From assembly GCF_030144855.1 (NCBI RefSeq), contig NC_082720.1:23064001-23128000 (forward strand): a stretch of 64,000 bases of DNA, given 5' to 3'. Position 1 is the first letter of the stretch; the number at the start of each line of letters is the position of its first letter. The position numbers and the translations under genes are program-made. The notes under the pieces are model-generated. The model was not told the origin of the DNA and made no database searches. It worked only from the letters and a program-made list of their open reading frames with translations. This document shows positions 24,660 to 37,531 of this stretch, in pieces. Source of the DNA: Hypanus sabinus (lineage: Eukaryota).

Positions 24660-25330
24660 GACCATAAGACCATAACAAGAGGAGGAAGACAGGAGCAGAA
24701 TTGGCAGAATTTGGCCCCTCAAGTCTGTAGCCTCTTACACACTTACTAATCCAGAATATGTCAACCTCCACTTTAAATATATACCCTGGCTTAGCCTCCA
24801 GCCATCTCTGATGATGAAGTCCAGATTCACCACCCTACAGATAAAAATATTCCTACTAATCTCTATTCTAAAGGGATGTCTTCATTATTTTGAGGTTGTG
24901 CCTTCTGGTCCTCAACTCTTGTACTACTGGAAACATCCTCTCCATTTACACTCTATTCAGGCCTTTCGATTTTCAGTGGGTTTTAATGAGATCTCAACTT
25001 ATTCTTATAAACTTGCAGCAAGTACAGACCTAGAGCCATCATATGTTCCTCATACATCAAGCCTTTCATTCCTGGATCATTCTCATAAACCTCCTCTGGA
25101 CTCTCTATAATGCCAACACATATTTCCTTAGTTATGAGGCCCAAAGGTGCCCACAAGATTCCAAATATGTTGACAAACACCTTATCAAGCCTCAGCATTA
25201 CATTCTGGCTTTATATTCCAGTTCACTCGAAATAATTGCTAACACTGCATTTCGTTCCTCATCACTGACTCAAACCGAAAATTAAAATTTGTGAATCCTA
25301 CATTAGGACTCCCCCATTTCTTTGCACCCA
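24660..25330 (-). mobile_element. CR1 3' fragment
   Basis: Minus ORF DPGMKGLMYEEHMMALGLYLL. Confidence 0.7.
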
Positions 25331-27950
25331 ATACTTCCAGTCAAGATAGTACCAGCAAACAACGGTTCCTCAGGCAACATCTTCCAGGTAGTCAATCTCT
25401 TCAATGATTTAACTTTTTTTACAAAAAAGTAGAACTTTCAAAGTTCTGGCATCCTAAAGGTTACTTTATTGTCAAAGTATGCGTGTACAATACAATTCTG
25501 ATATTCGTCTTTTCCAGATAGCCATGAAATACAGAAAAACCATGGGTGTTGTTGAAAGAAAGTACATCAACCTGTCTCAACCCCTTGTTCTCTCTGTTGT
25601 GATTGTTTCAGAGACTGTTCGAGCCTGTGGTGTACTGGTTGGCATTTGATCAGGTGATCTGGCATGTTGCTATCCTCAGATAGTATCATGAGCACAGGTT
25701 GCCTATTGCAGGAGACCAGAGAAGGGCCATAATCAACTCCATTTTGAAGCATTGAGGAAGATCATGGTGAATGTGGGGGAGGTCAGTGGTTGCTCTTCAC
25801 AGAGGCCATGGACTGATGGTGGTTGGTAGCCAGGTCAGCAGCATCTGGATGGCCTCAGATCAGCATGCGGTGGTCAGCATGCCACAGGACGGTGGCGGAG
25901 TAGTCACTCTTCATGGAAGGACTGAGTTCAAGCAGTCGCTGTTACGGTTCTGGTGGGACGATATGCTAGAAATTCTGAGATTTGTGTGATCATTGGGCAG
26001 TAGTTTATTTTGCACTCCTTCAGGTTTTTCTTTTCTTGCTTCTTGCTGATTGGCTGGTTAGGTTTCTGGGTGCGCAGTGTGTTGGTTTTTGTACAAGGGA
26101 GGGGTTGGGGATTTGGGATCCGATGATCTGTGTGGGCAATCTCCTGATTTTTTTTGTGTGTTTGATGGGGTTAGGGGTTTGGTGCTGCGTTTCCTGTTTG
26201 TTTTTGTGGGGGAGGGGTTTGGTGGGGAGATGTTATTGTCACTTAGTGCAAGGGACAGGGTTGTTCTGGCTACTGTATTCCAGGTGAGATGTTAGTCAGT
26301 TTGTTTCTGTGAGAGAGGGGGTGAGGGGGTGTTCTATTTTCCATTTCATGCGGGAAGGGGGTTTGTTGTCTATTTTTTCAATGACACCTATAGTTTTTCT
26401 GCATTTTTTGGCTATCTGGAAAAGACCCATATTGGAGTTGCATCATACATGAATACTCTGACAATAAAATGAAACTTTGGAACACGTCTTTTTAGGAAAG
26501 AGTCTTTTATGCCCATGCACATGTATATGTAAACTGTGAGCTTTTACCTGGGCTCAGTGCATAAAGGTGAGGTGAATCTTTTGAACTGAAGTGTTGAGGA
26601 CTGAGCAATGCAGATGTTTCATTTGTGTGTCAGGATTCATTGTACAATCAATGATGCTAATAGCCACATGGATGGATATACCAGTATTAGATTTAATGGG
26701 AAATAATTCATCTTTCTCACAGCATTTACATTCTTGGAGCATTTACATTCTTGGAGCATTCTCCATGATATTGATATGCACAGCTGGTACTTATTAGTAG
26801 GGACATGTTTGGCAGAGGTAGGGACATGTTCAGCACAACTTTGTGGGCCGAAGGGCCTGTATTGTGCTGTAAGTTTTCTATGTTTCTATGTTTCCCTCTA
26901 ATTCCTGAACATCCGTCCAGCAGATCTGCTCTTCTGCAGGTAATTTATGTTGATCTTCTCTGAAAGGCTTGTGATGGGTTCCATTACATTTCAGAACACT
27001 TTGCAGCTCCAGCTGTCTCACATTCTCTTATTTGTCAACATTTCACAGCAGAAATAGAAAATGAAGATCAGTTCTTCCAACCTGATCATCGTGAACAGTT
27101 CACTATTGCCTTTTCCTAATGGCCCATTTCCATCTCTTTTTGCAACCCAGTGTGACCACAGCCAAGTTGAGGAGAGTCCTAGCCAGGGTAAATCCACACA
27201 AAGCTGCCGGGTGCTGAGGGATTCTCTGCCCCAGCTAACAGACATCTTAATGGATATCTTTAATATCTCTTTGCAACAGTCCATGCTGTCCATGCAGGTT
27301 TTAAGGTTTTATTAAGTGCTTGCAGTTCGCTCATTTTAAATTTAAAACCGAGAAAATAGGTCTTGTTCTCTGTTTCAGGTTTCTGCTGAGCTTGTGAACA
27401 ACCTGATTTCTCTTCTTTGCTGGACCGCTCGTGCCTCAGTTTTCATCTCTTTCCATCACTGTGCTGCTTTGCAAGTGGAAACATAAGTGACAAATTAATA
27501 TTTAATATTCAGAACATATATTTAAGATATTTGTGTAAAGTTGCTCTTCACATTTCACACAATGTGATGATGATATTTATTTGAAGTAAACTGCTTTATT
27601 TGAGCAAAGCAATTACAAAGGTCAGATATGTGACTCTCATGTTTCCCTCTGTGTGGATAAGACCACGTCTCTACTCAACAAAGTACTCTCTGTAACTGGG
27701 TGAAACTTGTTAACAGTCTATTCCCATTTCCTCTGTACTCTGGTCATAATGTATAGTTGTCATACTACACACATTTGTTACCTCTCTGCCCACCTGTGCT
27801 CACTCTTTTAGGGAACTATGAACTTGCACCCTAAAGTTTCACTCTTCAGTCACAGTTCCCAGAGTCACGTCATGGTTTACCAATCATCCCATCCACATTT
27901 CCTTTCAATTCATTAATATGCAGAGCAAACAAAACAGAATAGACAAGAAA

Positions 27951-29002
27951 GTTTCTCGGACTGGCTGGAGGTGACCAGTGGGGTACCACAGGGCTCTGTA
28001 TTGGGACCACAGCTCTTTACGATTTATGTCAATGATTTAGATGAGGGCATTGAAAACTATATCAGCAAGTTTGCTGATGATACTAAACTGGGTGGCAGTG
28101 TGACATGCGAAGAAGACGTTAGGAGAATACAGGGAGACTTGGATAGGCTGGGTGAGTGGGCAGATACTTGGCAGATGTCATTCAATGTGAATAAATGTGA
28201 AGTTATCCACTTTGGAAGCAGGAACAAGAGGGCAGAGTATTGTCTGAACGGTGTAGAGTTAGGTAAGGGAGAAATGCAAAGAGACCTAGGAGTCCTAGTT
28301 CACCAGTCAATGAAGGTGAATGAACAAGTGCAACAGGCAGTGAAGAGGGCAAATGGAATGTTGGCCTTTGTTACAAGGGGAATTGAGTACAAGAGCAAGG
28401 ATGTCCTTTTGCATTTGTACAGGGCCCTGGTGAGACCACACCTGGAATATTGTGTACAGTTTTGATCTCCAGGTTTAAGGAAGGACATTCTGGCAATTGA
28501 GGAAGTGCAGCGTAGATTCACTAGGTTGATTCCTGGGATGGCAGGGCTGTCTTACGCAGAGAGATTGGAGAGATTGGGCTTGTACACGCTGGAATGGAGG
28601 AGATTGAGAGGGGATCTGATTGAAACGTTTAAGATAATTAAAGGATTTGATAGGATTGAGGCAGGAAATATGTTCCAGATGTTGGGAGAGTCCAGTACCA
28701 GAGGGCATGGATTGAGAATAAGAGGTCAGTTATTTAAAACAGAGTTGAGGAAGAGCTTCTTCTCCCAGAGAGTTGTGGAGGTGTGGAATGCACTGCCTCA
28801 GAAGACGGTGGAGGCCAATTCTCTGGATGCTTTCAAGAAGGAGCTAGATAGATATCTGATGGATAGGGGAATCAAGGGATATGGGGACAAGGCAGGGACT
28901 GGGTATTGTTAGTGAATGATCCGCCATGATCTCAGAATAGCGGTGCAGACTCGAGGGGCCGAATGGTCTACTTCTGCACCTATTGTCTATTGTCTATTGT
29001 CT
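27951..29002 (+). mobile_element. Young 5'-truncated CR1 (single nonsense codon)
   Basis: ORFs 27971-28465 and 28505-28912 are the same frame broken by TGA at 28463-28465 (W codon position); YADD-like FADD; (ctattgt)n tail. Confidence 0.95.
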
Positions 29003-30984
29003 AAAGTGGAAGCATTTATCAATCATTATGGGCATGGAGTAAAGGAATTGCTCGAGGAATATAAAGAATGTAAAAGGAATCTTAAGAAAAATTAGAAAAG
29101 CTAAAAGTAGATACGAGGTTGGTTTGGCAAATAAGGTGAAAGTAAATCCGAAAGGTTTCTACAGTTATATTAAAAGCAAGAGGATAGTGAGGGATAAAAT
29201 TGGTCCCTTAGAGAATCAGCGTGGTCAGCTATGTGTGGAGCCGAGGGAGATGGGAGAGATTTTGAATGATTTCTTCTCTTCGGTATTCACTAAGGAGAAG
29301 GATATTAAATTGTGTAAGGTGTGGGAAACAAGTAAGGAGGTTATGGAACCTATGACAATTAAAGAGATGGAAGTACTGGCGCTTTTAAGAAATTTAAAAG
29401 TGGATAAATCTCCGGGTCCTGACAGGATATTCCCCAGGACCTTGAGGGAAGTTTGTGTAGAGATAGCAGGAACTCTGACGGAGATCTTTCAGATGTCATT
29501 AGAAATGGGGATTGTGCTGGAGGATTGGAGTATTGCTCATATGGTTCCATTGTTTAAAAAGGGTTCTAGAAGTAAGCCTAGCAATTATAGACCTGTCAGT
29601 TTGACAGCAGTGGTGGGTAAATTAATGGAAAGTATTCTTAGAGATAGTACTTATAATTATCTGGATAGACAGGATCTGATTAGGAGTAGCCAGCATGGAT
29701 TTGTGCGTGGAAGGTCATGTTTGACAAACTTTATTGAATTTTTTGAAGAAGTTACGAGGAATGTTGATGAGGGTAAGGCAGTGGATGTAGTCTATATGGA
29801 CTTCAGCAAGGCCTTTGACAAAGTTCCACATGGAAGGTTAGTTAAGAAGGTTCAGCCGTTAGGTATTAATGCTGGAGTAATAATATGGATTCAACAGTGG
29901 CTAGATGGGAGATGCCAGAGAGTAGTGGTGGATAGTTGTTTATCGGGATGGAGGCCGGTGACTAGCGGGGTGCCTCAGGGATCTGTTTTGGGCCCAATGT
30001 TGTTTGTAATATACATTAATGATCTGGATGATGGGGTGGTAAGTTGGATTAGTAAGTATGCCGATGATACTAAGGTAGGAGGTGTTGTGGATAATGAAGT
30101 GGGTTTTCAAAGCTTGCAGGGAGATTTATGCCGGTTAGAAGAATGGGCTGAACGTTGGCAGATGGAGTTTAATGCTGAAAAGTGTGAGGTTCTACACTTT
30201 GGCAGGAATAATCCAAATAGAACATACAGGGTAAATGTTAGGGCATTGAGGAATGCAGTGGAACAGAGAGATCTAGGAATAACAGTGTATAGTTCCCTGA
30301 AGGTGGAGTCTCATGTAGATAGGGTGGTGAAGAAGGCTTTTGGAATGCTGGCCTTTATAAATCAAAGCATTGAGTACAGAAGTTGGGATGTAATGCTAAA
30401 ATTGTACAAGGCATTGGTAAGGCCAAATTTGGAATATTGTGTACAGTTCTGGTCACCGAATTATAGGAAAGATATCAATAAATTAGAGAGAGTGCAGAGA
30501 CAATTTACTAGGATGTTACCTGTGTTTCAGCACTTAAGTTACAGAGAAAGGTTGAACAAGTTAGGTCTCTATTCATTGGAGCGTAGAAGGTTGAGGGGAG
30601 ATTTGATCGAGGTATTTAAAATTTTGAGAGGGATAGATAGAGTTGACGTGAATAGGCTGTTTCCATTGAGAGTAGGGGAGATTCAAACGAGAGGACATGA
30701 TTTGAGAGTTAGGAGGCAGAAGTTTAAGGGAAACACGAGGGAGTATTTCTTTACTCAGAGAGTGATAGCTGTGTGGAATGAGCTTCCTGTAGAAGTAGTA
30801 CAGGCCAGTTCAGTTGTGTCATTTAAGGTAAAATTGGATAGGTATATGGACAGGAAAGGAGTGGAGGGTTATGGGCTGAGTGCGGGTAGGTGGGACTAGA
30901 TGAGATTAAGAGTTCGGCACGGACTCGGAGGGCCGAGATGGCCTGTTTCCATGCTGTGACTGTTATATAGTTATACTGTTATAT
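29003..30984 (+). mobile_element. Young 5'-truncated CR1 with uninterrupted 591-codon RT ORF (29124-30899)
   Basis: KSPGPD, NYRPVSLT, YMDFSKAFDKV, GVPQGSVLGP, YADD motifs; no endonuclease domain. Confidence 0.95.
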
Positions 30985-32246
30985 GGAATTCTTTGAGGAG
31001 ATTACACATAGGATAGATAAAGGGGATGCAGTGAATTTTGTACATTTAGTCTTTCAGAAGTCTTTTGACAGGGTGCCACACTTGAGGCTGCTTCCCATAT
31101 TAAGAAACCATGGTATTACAGGAAAGTTACTGGCATGGTTAGAGCATTGGCTGATTGGTAGGAGGAAGTGAGTGGGAATAAAAGAATCCTTTTCTGGTTG
31201 GCTGCCAGTGGCTGCTGGCGTTCTGCAGGGTTCGGTTGGGACTGCTTCTTTGTATGCTGCATATCAATGATTTAGATGATTGAATAGATGGTTTTGTTGC
31301 TAAATTTGCAGATGATATGAAGATTGGTGGAGGGGCAGGAAGTGTTGAGGAAACAGGAAGGCTGTAGAAGGACTTAGACAGATTAGGAGATTGGGCAAGA
31401 AAGTGGCAAATGAAATATAATGTTGGAAAATGTGTTGTCATGCACTATTGTAGAAGAGGTCAATGTGCGGACTCTTTTCTAAACAGGAAGAAAATCCCAA
31501 AATCTGAGCTGCAAAGTGATTTGGGAGTCATTGGGCAGAATACCCTAAAGGTTAACTTGCAGGTTGAGTTGGAGGTGAGGAACACAAATGCAATAATAGC
31601 ATTCATTTCAAGAGGTCTAGAATACAAGAGCAGGGATGTGATGCTGAGACTTTATAAGGCACTGGTGAGGCCTCACCTTGAGTATTGTGAACAGGTTTGA
31701 GCCCCTCATCTAAGAAAAGATGTGCTGGCATTGGAGAGGGTTCAGAGGAAGTTCACAAGGATGACTCGGGGGAATGAGAGGGTTATCATATGAGAAACGT
31801 TAGATAGCTCTGGGTCTGTACTGGCTGGAATTCAGAAGGATGAAGGGAAATCTCATTGAAACCTTTCGAATGTTGGAAGGCCTAGACAGATTAGATGTGG
31901 AAAGGATGTTTCCAATGGCACAGGAGTCCAGGACAAGAGGGCACAGCCTCATGATAGAGGGGTGTCCATTTAAAGCAGAGATGTGGAGAAATTTCTTTCG
32001 CCAGAGGGTGGTGAATTTGTGGAATTTATTACCACAGGCAGCTTTGGAGACCAGGTCATTGGGTGTATTTAAAGCAGAGCTTGATAGGTTCTTGATTGGC
32101 CACAGCATCAAAGGTTACAGAGAGAGAAGGGTAGGGAGTGTTGCTGAGGAAGGGATAATAGATCAGCCATGATTGAATGGTGAAGCAGACTCGATGGACC
32201 AAATAGTCTAATTCTGCTCCCATGTCTTATGGTCTAATGGTCTTAT
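30985..32246 (+). mobile_element. Older 5'-truncated CR1
   Basis: Frameshifted RT ORFs (MLRLYKALVRPHLEYCEQV); ttatggtctaatggtctt tail. Confidence 0.9.
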
Positions 32247-33093
32247 TTTATAGAACCAACATGGCATTCTGACAGTCACTGAGACTATTTTGATTTGCAA
32301 TTTGAGTGAAAAAAATTCATTTTTCTACTTGTTGAGATTTACTTCAATTTGATTAAAATGAACATCTGTCAGTGAGTGAATTGCACATTATATTCTTTCT
32401 TCAGATTCATTGGTAAATATGCAAAAAAAGCAACAATTTTGGTAAAGTTGTTTCACTTTTTATGCCAAACTGATGTCTTTGCTCATTCTATCACCATGAA
32501 CTGCAGTCTATGTAGTTCCAGTTCAGCATCTAAGGTTCACTCATCAGAGTTCTGCATTTTTGTGTCACTCAGGCACATCCTCCATCTGTCTGAACAGGAA
32601 TAACACCAAGCCCATCAGAGACTCCATACCCTTGCAGCAATCACGTTGATGTCCACAGGAAGGCCCTCCCATAGTGAAACAAAGATTGACCATATACGGT
32701 GACTGAAATACCCATCCCAAGTGAGTGTGCAGAGCCCAGAGTTAGTACTAAACTTTACTGAAAAATTATGAACTGGAAAGAAAGCCTGAAATTTTTGTTT
32801 ATGGAAACAAAATCCTTTTGTCTGGACTCCTGCTAAGTCATCAATGTCACAAATCACCACATAACTGAAAAGTTATGATGGTTTTCACCTGAAACCAAAT
32901 TCCTTTTTAGTAAGAATCAGTGAGATTCATCAGAATTACCTTTATTATTCCATTTTCTCTAATTAGATCCAATGCTATTCCCTATTCAAAGGTTTACTGA
33001 CTAACATTTGCCTTTTTATTTATCCCTAGTTAGTTAGGAATCTAATTGAATTCCTATTTTCAAGTATTATGGTTAACTTCAGTTTCTCTTCAG

Positions 33094-33190
33094 GTCAGTA
33101 CATCTACAAATTCAAATTCAACCCCAAATATATATCGATACAGCTTAACTCTTTTCACAACAAATTCTACAACATCACAACTTTTAAACA
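33094..33190 (+). CDS. Candidate mucin-stalk exon (VSTSTNSNSTPNIYRYSLTLFTTNSTTSQLLN)
   Basis: Acceptor tttctcttcag, donor AACA|GTAAAC, phase 0-1 complementary to the 24349 exon; two N-S-T sequons. Confidence 0.55.
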
Positions 33191-33465
33191 GTAAACCTCA
33201 TTCAGTCACTTATCAAAGTTCTTGCAAAAGGAATTAGTTCTTCAATAAATCAAATCAGATTCTTCGAATGAAAAATAAACTTATACATCCAATGATATTA
33301 AATCCTCCACATCGTGAAGCATTCCATTCCCGTGCTGGATCCTCGATCTTGGGTGACTCACCATCCTGTTTCTTGGTTCATTGGATGAAATGGTGGGTCA
33401 TCCACTGAAAGTCCATTCACTATACATTACACAAAAAATAACTTGACCAAATCCCTTGGTATGAT

Positions 33466-36400
33466 TGTAATGTTGAATCAGGTTTGCAGGCCCTGCAAGT
33501 GAGACAGGAGTTGCACTGACTTTGAATAGGTATTTTAATAATTTATTTACAAACAGTAAAAATACAACCAAACATTCACGTTCCCCTGTTACAGACTCTA
33601 CAAAGCTGAATACTCAACAAACACATGAACATTCAACGAACATACTTAGTTAAAAGTACGTGCAGAGCATACCTTCCCAATCATCATGTGCATCCTTGCC
33701 TTAAACAAAAGAAGAAGAGAGAAAGCATCTTCCATTTGCAATTTTACAGTACATCTCCAGGATATTTGAAATTGGACACCAGGCAGTTATCCAATGGGAA
33801 AAGGTACTGCAGCTTCTAAACTAACTAATCATGATGGAAACAACTTTCCATAATTAGAATACAGCACAACCCACAGAATACGAAAGTCACAAAAGTGATG
33901 ATCCAACTCTCAGACTAGTATGACTCTCATGAACTCCTAACTAAGTTATACATAAAACACAAGAGCCCAATACCCAGTACTGTAAAGCCAATAGTCACCC
34001 CCCAGTATACTATAGTAGTCCACCAGCCTCCCTCTACTGCAAGAGGCCACCAGCCCTACCCTAGAGTGTGATAGCCAATGAGCTAGTCTCCCATTTAATT
34101 TGATCAACCAGGTGAGAGATGTTACCCGACCCATCAGGAATGGAGATCCAGCATTCTTAACCAATAAGTACAAGTGCCACTTTCCTTTGTGATCAGGTAA
34201 TCCAAGGCCATCAAAATCAGTTCCTGGGACAGTCTGGCCGTCCCATGCAGAGAAAGGCTATCACTCAAAACATCCTTCCTTTGAAATAGTCCTCTTACCA
34301 ACCAGCGTAGGCAAGGTGCTCATCCAGGGCACTAGGGTGGCATACATACAGCACCACATATCAACTGCACCATCCCTGTGGGAACAACAGGTAGGCCTAG
34401 GAACTGCGTATCCAGTAAGTGCCATTCAGCTTCCAACAATTGCCCGGCCTCAAAACACCATCTGGCATGGACACAGTCATCCCAGGATACTGTTCCTGCT
34501 CAGACTTGCCATCCACCTTGCACCTTGTACCAGTGCTCAACACCCACACCCACACTCTGTCAGGTGGGAAAATCACATTAAGAGTCAGGACATTCCAATG
34601 AACGGAAGGGTATGTGGGGAAATTTCAGCCCTTAAAGCACTCACTCCACCAGAGCTATTAAGGCTCAAGTCCCTTAAGCCTGTTACCATACTGTGGGTCG
34701 AGGTTGGTTGGAATAGGCTTCTCCCAAAACAGAATGCCAAACCCCAAGAAGCCAGATAACTTCCCCAACAGGCTTTTCTTTGTCGTCGAAGGGAGCGATA
34801 TCAGTGGCATCCTTCTGTGATGTTGTAAGGATTTTTCATACAAATTCAACAATCTGACTCATTGGTCCAGTGTACAAATTCAAACGCCATCCACAGGAAT
34901 GTATAACAGGATCTCCCGCCACAAATCAACATTCCCCACTTTGCCATTCTGTAATGTAGGGAGATACAAATACACTCGCTCCTGATTAGTCACTGGATAT
35001 TTAGAAAACACAAAAACAATAAAACTACAAATGCTCAATTCCCTCTGAAATGTGGGCATCTCATATCTGGAATAAAGTTGCCCAAATTCCTACCAAGTTT
35101 CAACATTGCCAGTATGTAATGAGACATCCCTAAATCAATTAACATATTGAAACACGATAATCATGTAACAGATTTAGAAAACAAGAAACAAAGAAGTAAT
35201 GGATTAAATGCAAAACATAAATCACAAAGTCTAGGTTGTATTCATCTTCTTTAACACTTCCTATGGAACTGGGAAAACATAAACCGGACAGTTAATTCAG
35301 AGAAGTAGCACTTAGCGGAGAACAACTGATAAGAAAAAAGTAACTGGGTGGGACCCAACACATTCACAGNNNNNNNNNNNNNNNNNNNNNNNNNNNNNNN
35401 NNNNNNNNNNNNNNNNNNNNNNNNNNNNNNNNNNNNNNNNNNNNNNNNNNNNNNNNNNNNNNNNNNNNNNNNNNNNNNNNNNNNNNNNNNNNNNNNNNNN
35501 NNATGTGAATATATTAACCATCTCCGGATTGCCATTGCTGGTGATCGTCAGCAGGGAACCCTGAATGGAATGCGAGGAGTCTGGCAGATGACAAAAAGAA
35601 CCCTTATCTGCAGAGGACTTGAAGAAAGACCCTTCCCCTCAACAATCTCCCTTTTTTGCTTTTCCATACAGAACTTCCTCCACTTCGCATAGAGTGTGGG
35701 GATAGGTACCCCATTTAGCTGCTCGTCCGGGACCCAGCTTTAAGCTTTGTGGAATATGCAGGATCTCCCACTTCCCCTCTGCTCATCCAACTTGGCTACG
35801 TGCACTCTCTTCTACAGACTCTAATCCTTGTAATGATTGATTCTCTGTACTTACAGGATGACCAACAAGCCGGTGCAGTTAAAGACAGCCTTACCCCTCT
35901 AATTGGAAAAACTTCCTCCATAACCATGTGCCTCACTGTTTCAGAGGTTAATCCAATGACCTCCGGTGGGAATCACTATCACAGTGTATTTCTGTGATAG
36001 CAGCCCACTGGTGTAGAAATGTAGAACCTTCCTCTACTGTGCTCCATTCTGCTTGGGGTTTTAAATTCCGTTCAGTAAGAATGGGAAACCTCAGTTTAAC
36101 TGCAGCCGTTACCCAAATCCAGAGTGATGTATTAAACTCAGGGGAAGCAAGCAGTGATCTCAGGATGTTATTGATCGCGTGTTGAGACAACAGTCTCCCT
36201 AAGGCACCCATCTCTCGATTAGATAGGTTCACTCAGGTACTCACCCCATTACCTCAACAATTTGTAGCTATCTCTAAACTCGACAATTCCTTAGCAGAGC
36301 ATTGTCTCAGCTCTGTTTTCTCAAAGGTGTCCTTTACACCACCCCCACACATTCCTGAGCCTCCTACCCCTCCCCTCCCCCTCCTGAGAGGAAGAAGCTG

Positions 36401-37531
36401 CAGATTGATGCCCCCCCCCCCCAACAGCGGGTGTTGGAACTCGTAATTACTGGCCTGGCCTGTACTGTTTTGGACACAAAAGGGAGAGGGAGATCATTTC
36501 AACAATTAAACGGAGGGGTCCACTCTACTCTCTCTCCCCCTCATTTTCATCATCCATCCAGGCATCTCATCCCCCAGTCCCACAGTCGGATCATTGCCCC
36601 ATCTCAACATTGCTCAAGCTTTAATGGGATCAGGTTCCCAACTGGCCCATCAGGCCCCCTTGAAATTCTATTCTTTCATTAGCCAACAGGCTATCTGTAG
36701 ATTCATATCTTCTGACTTCACAGCCCACTGTGAGCCATCAATAGTGACTCATTCCGAATAATACAATCCTGACTGAGATCTTCCAATTCGTTCTTAAGAC
36801 TCGCTATTGTTTTATACTGATGTCTTACTATTGCTGCAAAAAGACAAAAAGCATCCCGCCAGCTCTCTTTCCTCCTGGAAAAACCCTATGTCTAGTATAG
36901 AAACAATGTGATGTCCCACTCCCACCCCAGTGAAGTCTAACTAGGCTGACCAATTTGCTGGGATCCCATCACCCATCAGCAGGTGAGCGAGACTTCCAAA
37001 GCCTGCATTAGTGTTCATCCTGGTCTCTGCATCTTTCAAAGGGAGAGTCATCTCTTTTAAATAACCTCTTAAGGAAATGTATTTCTGCTCAAAAAGCCAT
37101 ACCCTGCTTGCAGTGCCAGGTTTAATATTACATCAGGTATATGAGTCGAGCAAGTAAGACAGAAAATACACTGACTTTGAATAGGTATATTAATTGTTTA
37201 TTTACAAATAATAAAAATTCAACCACACGTTCATGTACCCCGAGTTACAGATATTACAAAGCTGAATACTCAACAAACACCCATGAATTCAACAAACATA
37301 CTTAGTTGAAAGTACGTGCAGAGCATACCTTCCCAATCGTCATGTGCACCCTTGCCTTAGACAAAGGAGTAAGAGAGAAAGCCTCTTCTATGTGTAATTT
37401 TATATACCAAAGATATTTGAAACTGGACCCCAGGCAGTTATCCAATCGGAAAAGGCGATGCAGTTTCTACCTAACTGATCACAACAGAAGCAACTTTCGA
37501 CAATCAGAATAAGGCAAAGCCCAACAATATA
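33466..37531 (-). mobile_element. Endogenous retrovirus remnant: 5' LTR 37121-37531, PBS 37101-37118, gag remnant ~35520-36230, env remnant ~33950-35064, 3' LTR 33466-33882
   Basis: Two ~415-bp LTRs (~80% identical by eye); ATGAT TSD at 33461-33465 and 37532-37536; PBS TGGCACTGCAAGCAGGGT 2 nt from the LTR; env motifs NGTYW..AYLLFPQGW and MALDYLITKESGTC..LIG.ECWISIPD. Confidence 0.85.
35370..35502. other. Assembly gap (133 N)
   Basis: Run of N inside the provirus between gag and env. Confidence 1.

Noticed and set aside
27379-27486. Acceptor followed by a mildly hydrophobic frame as the TM exon
   Set aside because: No 20-residue hydrophobic span and no good donor
29124-30899. 591-aa ORF as a host gene
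   Set aside because: Typical CR1 RT with retroelement tail and 5' truncation
35360-35512. Short inverted match across the N gap (attcaca/tgtgaat)
   Set aside because: 7 bp is within chance, and the gap content is unknown
33466-37531. Functional link between the ERV and TIM as a viral entry factor
   Set aside because: Co-location only; env is stop-riddled and internally deleted, and nothing in the sequence supports causality
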